NCBI RefSeq assembly: GCF_009914755.1
Contig: NC_060928.1
Strand: one strand, 5' to 3'
From: the human T2T-CHM13v2.0 reference genome, Homo sapiens
DNA length: 64,000 nt
The notes under the pieces are model-generated. The model did not search any database. It had not been told where the DNA came from and saw nothing but the letters and a program-made list of their open reading frames with translations. Every line of letters begins with the position of its first letter. The first letter of the stretch is position 1. Positions 15,041 to 27,069 of the stretch are shown one piece after another. Made by a program: the position numbers and the translations under genes.

Positions 15041-15936
15041 TGATTTTCATATGTTGATTTAGTATCCTGCAACTTTGCTGAATTTAAAAAAATTAGTTCT
15101 AACAGCTTTTTGCTGGACTTTTTAGGGTTTTTCACCTGTTCTATCAGGTCATCTACAAACAGATATCATTTTACTTTTTCCTTTCTGATATGAATGTCTC
15201 ATTTGTTTTCTCTTGTCTAATTCCTCTCTCTGGAGCTTACTGTACTATGTTGAACAAAAGCGTGACAGTGGCCATCTTTTATTGTACCAAATAGTAAAAG
15301 AAAAGCTTCCATAATAATCACATTGATTTTTGTGTTAGCTGTTGGCTTTTCATGTATGACCTTTATTGTGATGAGATAAGTTCCTTCTATGCCTATTTTG
15401 TTTAGAGTTTTTATGTGAATGAGTGTTAAATTTTTGTCAAGTGCTTTTTTTGAGTATATTGTGATGATCTTATACTTTTTATCTTTCATTCTGTTAATGT
15501 GGTATATTATATTGTTTGATTTGCATATGTTGAACTATTCCTGCATCCCAAAGATAAATCCCACATGGTCATGTTGTGTAATCCTTTTAATATGATGTTT
15601 AATGTGCTCCAGGTTTGGGGGATGGACACTCAAGGGGGTTACCCAGGGTGAGGCTGGTGGGGTACCTTAGCAGCTAGGCTATGAGGGTCCTCCTGCTCTT
15701 CTTTTCCTCTGGGGACTGAGAAGTCACAGCTATGAAGATTCCTCTTTGTCCTGAGTTGTGACATCTTGGTGGATGAGGTGAGGCAGGTAATGCTTCTTAT
15801 GTTTTTTGTGTGGCTACCTTCAGTTTCTATGCTCCACAGGGTTGCTGCAGTTTCTTAATTGTACTCCAGAGCTCCCCTAGAGCTGTTTTTGACCTTGAGT
15901 AGTTGTTACATCATTGATTTTGTGGAGATACTAGGG
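15041..15936 (-). mobile_element. Continuation of the old L1MA-type element: ORF2 RT fragment (15041-15603) joined to a 5'UTR end (15604-15936)
   Basis: ORF 15217..15489 (IKTLNKIGIEGTYL..IKVIHEKPTAN) is diverged ORF2p. GCTCCACAGGGTTGCTGCAGTTTCTTAATT resembles an antisense L1M 5' end. A candidate TSD follows. Confidence 0.78.
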
Positions 15937-16569
15937 CTGATCTGGATCATGTCAGTCTGGTTCAGATACTTGTGATGGGGTGGCAGAGGAGAAGGCATCT
16001 GTGAAGAGGCAATTTTCACGCTAAACTCTGAAGAGTGAGGCAGGTCTGGTGAGAGTGATGGTGAGAGTCAAGATAAGCAAAAGTGATAAAAGCCCTCAGT
16101 GGGATTACAGAAAAGAGGACATTGAAATGAAAATGAGCCCTTATAAAGGTAATAAATGTAAGTAAAATTTTGTAGTTCTGCATAGTAATGGATTCCATGT
16201 TTTAAAATTATTTTACATCATGTGAGAGTTGCATTAAAAAAACTTTAACAATAGGTCAGCATTGAACTTTTTCAAAAAATATTTTGTAGGTGGCTCTCAT
16301 TTGTTTCTTTACTAAATTATGTGATTTGTTATATTAGAATTTTTCTGTGAAAGAAGTCTCCCCAACATTTGAAAAGTCATTGAAATGAGTAACTAAAAAC
16401 TTTTGAGAATAATGTATTTTATAGCACCTTCTTTAAAAAATGTTAAAGTATTGAGAGATCCTAATGATGGGTAGGATCTGGATGATTGCAGCATATAGAA
16501 AGTGCTAAAAATATCAGAAAATTTTACTTTTTTATATAACAATTTTAACTTCAATGTGCAATCATAGTA

Positions 16570-16782
16570 ATTAATGACTTTCGATTTTTAATCTTTACCA
16601 TGTGCCAGCAATGTACCAAATACATCAAATATGTAACATTACTTAACCCTGATAATCTTTTAAACCAAGTATTGTTACCTCCATTTTGCATATTTGCAAA
16701 GAGGCAGCAATGTTAAGTAGCTCACCTGAAGTTACAAATAGTAAATGGAAGAGCTAGAATTCAGAGCCCTGTCTGACTACAG
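16570..16782 (-). mobile_element. MIR SINE
   Basis: CCATTTTGCA...GTTAAGTAGCTCACCTGAAGTTACAAATAGTAAATGGAAGAGCTAGAATTC resembles the antisense MIR core. Confidence 0.75.
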
Positions 16783-17252
16783 GTCTCAAGTGTTGTTGTC
16801 CATCCCCTTTGCGTGTATATAATATTAAGAGAATAATGACCAAAATCAGGATATACATGACCATAACATAAGTACATGTTACGTTTGGGAGCATAGAACT
16901 GTGTTTCTCGCTGAAAAATATTTTATTTAAATTGAATGAGGTTTGAAACATTGTATGGTAAGAGAATACTGCAGAGGCACTGGTATCAGATCTTATTTTG
17001 GCTGATTACATAATAATCATACCACTCATCTTATATAACTGTATAATCCAAGAAAAAATAATTTAATTAAACGGTAGAAGAAACATGTTTTAAATTCTGA
17101 ATCATATTCTTATCTGATTGTTAAAATAAAGAATATACTTTTTGCTTGCATAGAACGTGACTCCAATGTAAATGCAACAAAATATAAATTAGTGTGAATT
17201 ACGGTTTTTTACAGAGCATAAAATTTAGACTGTAATGTCTGATGTCACTTAC

Positions 17253-17313
17253 CTGGTGTATTAATTTTAGAAGAGAGTCACTAATGACTTGAGATTCCAG
17301 AATGCATTCACCA
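17253..17313 (-). other. Candidate 61-nt exon (unknown transcript)
   Basis: Minus strand: TTCTCTTTGCTCTGGTGCAG| acceptor and consensus CAG|GTAAGT donor, in non-repeat DNA; one open frame. Confidence 0.3.
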
Positions 17314-17644
17314 CTGCACCAGAGCAAAGAGAAGTACAACTAACATCAGCAGAAGTGTCAGGGATATTAATGTGGCTTTCTAAAACCTCTATAGTTGCTG
17401 ACCTAGTTTTAATTGATGGTCTATGATGTTAAGAAGACAGGATTTGTGGCCTAGATAGTAGAAAATATTCTCTACAAAACTGTGAAGACAGAATCACTTA
17501 CATCCAATGTTTCATTTTTGACTTGCTATGTAAGATAATAAAAAATATGAGTAAAGTGTAATGAAAAGCAATTTTGTATTGACCTTGTATAGTGTTCAGC
17601 ACAGCAATGTGTAGTAGGTAATACATATTCTTTTGGATGACTGC

Positions 17645-17920
17645 TTTTGTATGGAAATGCTTTTCCACATCTTTGTATATGCCTAAGATCTTCTCAGCTT
17701 TAGAAATTAGCCTAAACATTACTTAAGAAAGGCATTTCTCTGCCCTCTTATCTAAAGTCAGTAAGTCAATTCCTGTAATTCTCTCCAATGACACCACGTT
17801 GTTGGTCACCCAGTATTTCTCAAGTTTTTGTGTTTTAACTTTTTATTCACTTGTTTCTTGTATTTTCCACTAGAATATCGGTTCTATTGCTAGTGTATAG
17901 GCATGCAATACATATTTGCC
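17645..17920 (+). mobile_element. L2 3' fragment
   Basis: TGGAAATGCTTTTCC...CCACTAGAATAT...CAATACATATTTG resembles a decayed L2 3' end. Confidence 0.55.
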
Positions 17921-20900
17921 AAGTAAGTGCTATTGGATAATTATTTACTTACAATATATATAGGGCACATGTGCCCTCAGACCCTCAGTGTCTCATGAAT
18001 GAGGACAAACTCTCTAATGTGAAGTCACAATTTTAAAGGGAGATTTTTCATTTGTTGTCTCTGATATGAATCTGGTATTTATAGATGGTTCTAGAGGATG
18101 CTAACATATGCTTCTTAATCACCCGAACAGTGAATCATGTAAGCGCAGTCGCCATGGGACTTTCTGTTTCCTAACAAAAGTTTGATTGATTGATTTTATT
18201 AATGAGCTCACTCATGTTTCCGCTTTATTAACTGTCTCAATAAACACATTTAAAATTGATGTTCCAACAATGTATCTTACAATATTAATAAATACTAAGG
18301 ATACTAATATTCCCAGTAAAATCCGCAGAGGACAAGAAAGAGTTCCACTTGGTTGAGATACTCCATAATCATTGTTAGTTTAGCATAAAACCACCAAACT
18401 TCAGTAATCTTAATTAAAAATATTTTCTCAATATTAACGTCAGGGTACATAGGTGAAATAGATTTTACCTATGACTCTTATCTTTATGATCTTTGATACA
18501 CAAATATGTGGATAAAACATTTTACATTTTTTTGGAAGAGTGATTTTTTGGAAAAGTGATTTGTTTTGCCATGTTTGTCTTAAAAATAGTTGACTTACTT
18601 TGTTGCTCTTTACTGGAAAGAGCATTTTGTTACAGAATATTTTTGGTAGGAAAATGTGATGAATGCACTATTTGGCTTGTGTGGGCTTCTTCTCAATTAT
18701 TTGGTGAAGTATTTCCTTTTCCAACCTTCCTGCAAAGTTGTTGAGAAAGCTTCTCTAAGTACTTTTCTCTATTTTTGTATTTTCTTAAAAAGATTGCCAA
18801 GTATTTGAAGAATGATCTATGTATCCAAGCTTAATTGCATTTACTGTTTTTAAATGCTAGAGCATACAAACCATTTACCAGCATTCTCCAATGTGATAGT
18901 AATACCAGTGCCATAGAAATTGCAAAATGAAAAAGAATGCTAAGTAAAATGGCTTTACTGTGCTATTACTTTGACTCAAAAGGTTCTTAAATCAAATGTA
19001 ATTTGTCCAAGCATCTTTTAATTATTTGAAAGGATTTATTTGAAAGTGGGTAGTTGAAGAAGTGCTTTTAGACATAGAAAAAATATAGTGCACAAACTCA
19101 AAAGATTAATACTTTTCAACCTTTCGTAGAATTAATAGAATCTTCCAATTTTAAAATATTAACTGTCTTTAACTATTAGACCACTAGGAAAGTGAAATGT
19201 TACGTTGTTGTACTTAAAAACATACTGGATAGAATTGAAATAACAAGGTTTGTCAATTTATTATAGGTTCAAATGAAGACATCTATGATTTTCATTGCAT
19301 AGTTCAAATGGAAAATTTAGAGTTTTAAAAGTATAGTAATTGTAATGATTCTAAAAAGATTGATCAGCTTTTAAATAGTGTTTGTTAATTATTTTTTAAT
19401 TGACTAGAACTGTAGCTCTTCTGTGTTCAATATAGTTATAAGCATTGTCTGAGGGACATACATTGAAATTATGCTGCAAAAAATCTAGATTATTTAGGCA
19501 AAACCTCATTTAGGAATATAAATTAATTTTCTCTTCATTTGTTAACAGGATGGCACTGTTGGAAAATACCCAATTTTCATCTTCTGATATCTTACAACAC
19601 AATAGGCATTAAAAAAATCCAAAATGCGGCCTTAAAAAATACATTAGCTTTGATTGTCTAGATTGCTAATAAATATGAATCTGGAGAACACATTTGTGAT
19701 TACTTTTTATCTGATTAGACAATTTTGAGGAAATAAACTGAAAGGCTCCAAGGAGGGAAGTGATAATAAATATCTTGAAGTAGATTTATGTAGAATGGTA
19801 GTCTGCAGACAATTTTAAATCATTGGTAATTCTTGTGCCTTCATTTTCTTTGCTTGTAAATACAGTCTAATACATCTCCTTGAATGCCAGTGTGGCTATA
19901 GGGAAGACTGACAGAGAGGCTTTAATGTTTCTTTAAAGCAAGTATAGCATTTGTTCATAAGCCTGTTCCTGGAAACTTAAAATGTACATCAGTGGTTATC
20001 AACTTGAATTCAGAGCATTTATGAACATTATGATCTCATTTGCCAAATAGTACGATAAGAGTAAGAAATTTTTCTGGGGAAAGAATGGATATTGTTACCA
20101 GATCCAAAAATGGCATCCATGATTCTCCAAAAAGAGTTGAGAAATGCTGGGAACTATGAATAAACAATTTTAAAAATGAGAAAAAGACACATTTGTTTCA
20201 TGAATTAAAAAACACCTTGTGTTTACGTTCTTACATTCTTAAAGTTTCCTTGTTCAAAGAATCACAGAGAATCATGAATCTGGTAGACATCAAGAAAAAT
20301 GTTCAATAAAATATTCCCAAAAGTGAATTATAGATTTTTCCCTTCAAGCTCTGGAAATTAAATTTAATCATCTATCTTTGTAAATTCCTCCAGTATCTCT
20401 TGGAATCTCGGAATTTTCCTTTCCAGTGACAGGCATATACAGAATTTGTCATTTATTTTGAATAAAATTTAGCTCACATTTTCTGTGGCAAAGACTCATT
20501 TTTTTCTACTGGTAAGAATCATTTATTCCCTGTAGAAAGTAAATGTATGTATTTTACCATTCTTTATAACAGTTTCAACTTACCTTTAATGATCCATATT
20601 GCACTCCTTTGGCAGTCGTTAAAGTAGGAGATACTCTGGCTGTTAGGTTCATTTATTGAAAAGTAGTTTCTGTACACTCACTGCCAATTTTTAAAAAAGA
20701 CAAATTTATTTTTAACTTTTTAATAACTTCAAATAATTAATAATAATATATTAATGAAGATATACTTTAAATATTTCTTTGAAGGATTCACAAAAATATA
20801 CATTCACATTTCATACTCTAGAACTAAAATTATACAAAAGCATTTATGGTATTTTTGTCTTAACTGGTCTCATCCTTACCTTTTTGCTGACGGGATCCAT

Positions 20901-21654
20901 TTTGTCTCATGCTTTATGAATCCTTTTGCTTAGCCAGCTACCATCATTTGCCTCCTTTTATAGTTCTGCTTAGTTCTGCCTTCTAGCTATCCCGAATTTA
21001 TTATATCTCTAAGTTTCTTCTTTTGTTAATTGCAGCACGTCTAAATTTTATCATAATTAAATTCCTCAAAATCCATCTCTCTTTCATCATTTTAAATGAT
21101 CCATTATTCTATCAATTTTTATCCATTATGTTGTCCCAGACTGTTTGTACATAGAATCACTAAATTTACAATGGCATGGTCACGTCAGGCTGGTAATATT
21201 TGCTAGTTAAAATACAGTTACATTACATTATCAGACAATATGGGTAGAGTCTTATTTGGGCATGTTGGCCTAAAAGTGGATAGGGCTTGAGATCTAGACT
21301 TGATGGTAACAACATATTTAATTTTAAAAGGTAAATGATAAACTATTATATTTCCTATCAAAGAGGAATAATCATCTTACAAAATGACTTTTTAATATAT
21401 GATAGAACTTCCATGGAAAATAAATTGAGTATTATTAACAGGTTGTTTAAACAAAAATTTTCCTAATGGTCAGTCACATGTATACCAACATAGCTGTAGA
21501 ATCTATAATTTTATTTTAGCACACATAGAATAATGTATTTTTAAAATTCTTTCCTCCCTTATCTTCTTCTTTGTATAGCACTGCCAACAGAGATACAGTA
21601 CTGGAAATAGCCAGTTCATCCTTATTGTAGACCTGACATTAAAGAGTATAACTT

Positions 21655-21946
<292 letters not shown>

Positions 21947-24900
21947 GTATAACTTACTTTGGAAGGATTCATTATAATGGTCATTGAAAACTTGGCTAAG
22001 GAGATACGCTGAAAAATATGTAACTGCCACAGTCCCCAAATAAATAGATTATAATGAGTAGCACTAACATGAAGGAGTTTTATTAATTTGCAAGAGGTTT
22101 ATTTACATTTGATAATAGTCATGCAAATAAAATATTTTTCATTTAGTTTAAAATGTAGAGGTACATATGCAAACAAAACAATAAAAGTTCATGAAATGGA
22201 ATCATTATTAAAAATATCAAAGATGGTCATGAAAGCCATAAAATTCCTTTTATAGAAAGTGGGTTTTCCATTATCTCTGGCTTCACTGATCACTATACAG
22301 GTGAGGTTATTGCTTTTTCAGTTTTATTAATAAACCTATTAGTACACAAATAGTCTTCTAGCCCTTCCTAAACAAACAAATGGAAAATGAAATAGTTTCA
22401 TTACCCCCAGGGTTTCATGCACACCTGATAATAGAACTATCCCTGAAGAAATGGCTCTGTATACAGGAAAAAGTTGATCTTGAAGACTTTTCAAATTAAA
22501 TTCTATTTTTTGTATTCTTTAGATTTTATAACCAGAAATGAAATATTATTTGAAGGCTGTTCTACTTTATGAAAAAATCTCTAAAAATATTACAATTTCA
22601 AAAAAGGATATAGCATGAGTCTTGTCAAATTGAAAAATAAAAAATAAAGAAATATGAGAATAGCCATTTTGGTGTCAAAGAAGGGTATTTTATTGTTATA
22701 TAGTGATATTTCATGATAATGAAATGTTTTAATTTTCATATGCCCTTCAAAGTGAGAAAATAGGATAGCACCAACTGTATGCGAGGCCCAGTGATGTGCA
22801 CTGGCAAGTGAAAATAATGCATATCCCAATCATTCATTCATTCATACCCTGATGAGCCTAACTCTTCCCCACCAAGAAGGGGTGCCTGCCACTTGCCCAA
22901 AACCCCAAAGAAATTCATTCAGCCTTGTATACAGAAGACAATTCTTTAGCATAACTGTGACCCTTACACATTCATTGATGCTGTGCCAAATTACTTTGGT
23001 TTACATCACTAGTCAGAAAGCTATCAAAGATGATTTCCAAAGTAGTAATTCTTATCTTTCTGCTTTGTGTCCCATAACTCATTAAAATATCAGGCTAGAG
23101 ATAAATGAAAATCCATTTGTAATACTGACTTGCAGAAGATTCAAATAGCTAGCTGCAAGGAAGCAGGCAAGTGACAAAGCAGGGAAGTGAAAAAGCAGGG
23201 CCTAAAAGAAGTGGGTTGGTAGCTGATCTGCCACGAGTAAGAAAAGTTGACTATTAGTTGGTTAGATAACAAGATATGATGGAATTAGAAAACAGGACCA
23301 TTGCTATTAAGTATTAAGTGTTTCTTCATTTAGAGCATTTCATGCTTTGGTATAGACAGTTTAAAATGATTAGAGACAAACTAATTTTGTGAATTCTTTG
23401 AGAGCAGTAGATAATCCTCATTTCTGCAACGCCAATGTTGATTTCAGTGCTTGACAGATGCAGGGCACTAAAACTTATGTTGACTGAAGGAATTAATGTA
23501 TTAATAGAAATTAATAAAACCTAGTATATATATAAGAAGAGTCGGTAAAATTTGTCATTAAAATACAATTCAATTCCAACATATTTATTGAGCAATCTTC
23601 ATATTTAGAATATTATATTTCTCTATGTATGTGATGTAAAACCAACCAAATGCCTGAAACAGTCATTTAAGATTTTTGTATACTGCTTGAAAAGCTAAAA
23701 CCTAAGTTTCTTAGATCCTAAGTTACTTAAGATCTCATTCAATATATAATACGGAAATGGGAAGATGAAGAGTTAGAAGTAAAACATACCCAATGTGGCT
23801 TACCTAAGCATTCAGATGGATTTTGATAAACATATGTTTAAGGTTTTTTTTATAGTGTCAGAAATCACATAAATAACAATGTACACTGGGAAGAAATCAC
23901 ATAAATACAATTCTGTCTATGTAATTTCTACAAAACTGTAGGGAAGATGTCAAAGTTTTTCCTTAGAAAACTTAGGAGCTGTATGTCCCAAGGTGAAGTA
24001 CTGAATTATTTAAAAATTATTCAAGAACAATGATAAGCATTTTATAAAAGTTAATGAAAAATTGGGATAATAAAAATGAACATACATGTCCATGAAAATT
24101 CATAAACCTTAAAAATAATTGCCTTTGGAAGTACGTAGTTATTAAAAAGCATATATACACTTGATAAGAAAAATAATACATTTTCAGCACATGAAAATTC
24201 AATTTTAATTGAAAATATTCTGAATATATTCTATTCACTTTCTGGGATATGGGGCTTTGGGATCTTTATTTATATTGGCATATATATTTACTTAAGGATC
24301 ACAATGGGTTAGGCTCTTGGTTCTATTGACTACTTAGAACTACAGCATTGCATTTTTTTTAATTTCCACATTTTATCAAGGAAAGTGCTGAGTAAGTGCT
24401 AGGTTTTCTGATGCCTATGCCAGCCTAGTAGGAATTATACAGTTGGCTGTATTTGAAGAAAAATATTCTATTTTATTTCTAAATGTAAGCTCTTAGTATT
24501 AAATGTCAATGTTTTCTTAATTCAGTTTAGAATGCTTTCTTATCCATTTCCCAGTTTCTACAATTTCCTGAAAGGTGTTACCTACTGAATTTAGGAAGAA
24601 CATAATTCATTGAAATGGTAATTTACCAAATGTTTAGTTATTCTATTTACTTATCAATATTCCTTTTAGGATGGCCCTAGAGATGCAGTGTCTAATTTTC
24701 TAGTCCTAAGGGACAGCAGGCAATTTATGCATAATAACTATCTGTTACATTTTCCTAACACATTCACTTTGTTTATAAATAATCATTGTGTTTTAGATGT
24801 GAGAATGTTTACCAGGAGACTAACAATTTGTAAAAACCCTGACATGGCTGATGTAAAATAATATAATTCAATTTTAAAAGCTATAATTTCAGGTGATACC

Positions 24901-25930
24901 ATTTACACCACTCTTCTTAGTGAAGGTAGGATAAAGCAGCCTTCCTGTCAGGGATGATTGGATAATGTGATACATTACCTGATTACAAAATGATCCTGGG
25001 AAAACAACCCATTTCTCTATATTAATCTGACTTGTTTAATGTCCTCCCTCTCTCTGCATTCAGATGAGATGCTCTGCATCAACCTAATTCTTTTTTATGT
25101 GCATTGGCTGTTTTTTTTTAAACACAGTTTTCTCTAAACTGCTTAAATAATGACAGTTTTGCAAAGTTCTGAATAGTTTTTCAACTCTCTTGAATTTTAA
25201 TTTGACGCATTTTCCTTCATGGCAGTATTATGTGTGGATTGTAACAATAAATTGAAAAACATGCAACTTGGTTGGTATCAATAATGTGTAAAAATGGTTT
25301 AATATAGTTAATATCACTTTTCATTTATGTGACACTCCCATGTAGTTTCAAAATATTGTATGGTTATTTTGTAATTATTATTTTTTGGAAAAGGAAATTA
25401 GAGAGATGCGTGAAATAGACAATTCAATTTTATACAAGTGAATAAATTCCTAATATTAAACAAATGTCTCTCTGAGATTTCTAAAGGTTTTATTGATTGA
25501 AAAAGGTAGAAATCATTTGTCCACTGTTGAATATTAGAACTTTCATATATTGTGCTAAAAATGTCCCAATCTCTAGGGATCCATACTTTATATTTTACAA
25601 GATATAAGAGATGGTCCTTTCATCCATTGCACAAGTTAAACCCACTCACCACTATTCTCTGTGCATTCAGTACCCGGTAATATATGCTTGCCAGTAGAAT
25701 GCCAAATAAGGACTGTGATGTTCATTTTCCCTTATAGATTTTTGTTATCCGTTTAGTCATGATCCCAGCTGTTTGTTCTAAGGTTTGCTTAAATCGGTGA
25801 AAATCTGAATAGACTTTATTCACACCATACAACATAGGCAATTTTTTCTCAAAGGAAACTTTAATGACCATTTTATTTAACCCTCTCCGTTCATGAATGT
25901 GGAAACTGAGGCCTAAAGAGATTGAGGGAC

Positions 25931-26274
25931 TGTATTAGTCCGTTTTCACCCTGCTGATAAAGACATACCTGAAACTGCGAACAAAAAAAATGTTTAATTG
26001 GACTTATAGTTCCACATGGCTGGGGAGACCTCAGAATCATGGCGGGTGGGCCAAAAGCTCTTCTTACAAGAGAATGAAGAAGCAGCAAAAGTGGAAACCC
26101 CTGATAAACCCATCAGATCTTGTGAGACTTACTCACTATCAGGAGAATAAGCATGGGAATGATCGGCCCCCACGATTCAACTACCTCCCCCTGGGTGTCT
26201 CCCACAACACATGGGAATTCTTGGAGATAAAATTCAAGTTGAGATTTCTGTGGGGACACGGCCAAGCCATATCA
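25931..26274 (-). mobile_element. THE1-family solo LTR (MaLR) inserted into a MIR
   Basis: TGTATTAGTCCGTTTTCAC...GCCATATCA with 5-bp TSD GGGAC/GAGAC. MIR-like GGAAACTGAGGCCTAAAGAG lies on the left and continues on the right. Confidence 0.92.
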
Positions 26275-26674
26275 GAGACTTTTGCTAAATCAAAGGGAAT
26301 TAATGGCAAGATTGTAAATTCAAAGAATAGATCTTATGTTCTCTTTCTAGAATAAAACTGTCTTAATTCTTTTTATTCTATGGCTATTTAATTAAACCTA
26401 GACCACTTACATCATACAACAAAAGAGCATTTTTTATTTGTTTTTCAGCCAGAGATGGCATAGAGTATGCCTTATTTGCTTGTTATTTGATTGCCAAACT
26501 TGTGTTTTTTTTCTTCCTTCTACATGGAAATTTAATTCGGTAGCTTGGTTTTCTAGTCTGCTATATTTTTCAAGCTCTACATCTTTGGACTCTCTTCTAT
26601 GGCTTCCTTACCTTGGCATCTGTCTTGTTTTTTGTTTGTCTGTTTCTTTTTTTCTCAAGTTTCTCTACGCACAG

Positions 26675-26698
26675 GTCAGAATGGGTTTGAATACATTG
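26675..26698 (+). other. Candidate 24-nt microexon or recursive splice site
   Basis: About 50-nt pyrimidine-rich tract, then CACAG|GTCAGA...ACATTG|GTTAGT; length divisible by 3. Confidence 0.3.
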
Positions 26699-27069
26699 GT
26701 TAGTTTTCTGGAACAACTGACCACACAACCAAAGGCTACTCATATGTGAACAAACACAAACAAGGAACCTCACACCTGTAACACTTGCTTCATTGATCAG
26801 GCACAGGGGATTGCATGAAGAGGATGTTACAGTCTGCTGCCTGTGGATCTCTTCTGGAGATTCTTCTGTTTCTGGATGATTCATATCTCACTTTAACAGT
26901 CTGGATTTCCTATAAATATCTTCTCTAGACACCTATTTCTTTGCTAGAATCTCCAATTAGTTATAAGAAGAACAAATGCTTATGCAACATTTATTATGTG
27001 TCAGGCAATTTTTGAGGCTGCTTACATGAAGTGGCTTAAGCATCTGATTTAATAAATAGTAGAAATATT

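Noticed and set aside
14750-15600. Twin-priming inversion within one L1
   Set aside because: The two sides differ greatly in divergence and subfamily, cover overlapping ORF2 coordinates, and no tail or TSD of the younger L1 follows. A deletion between two elements fits better.
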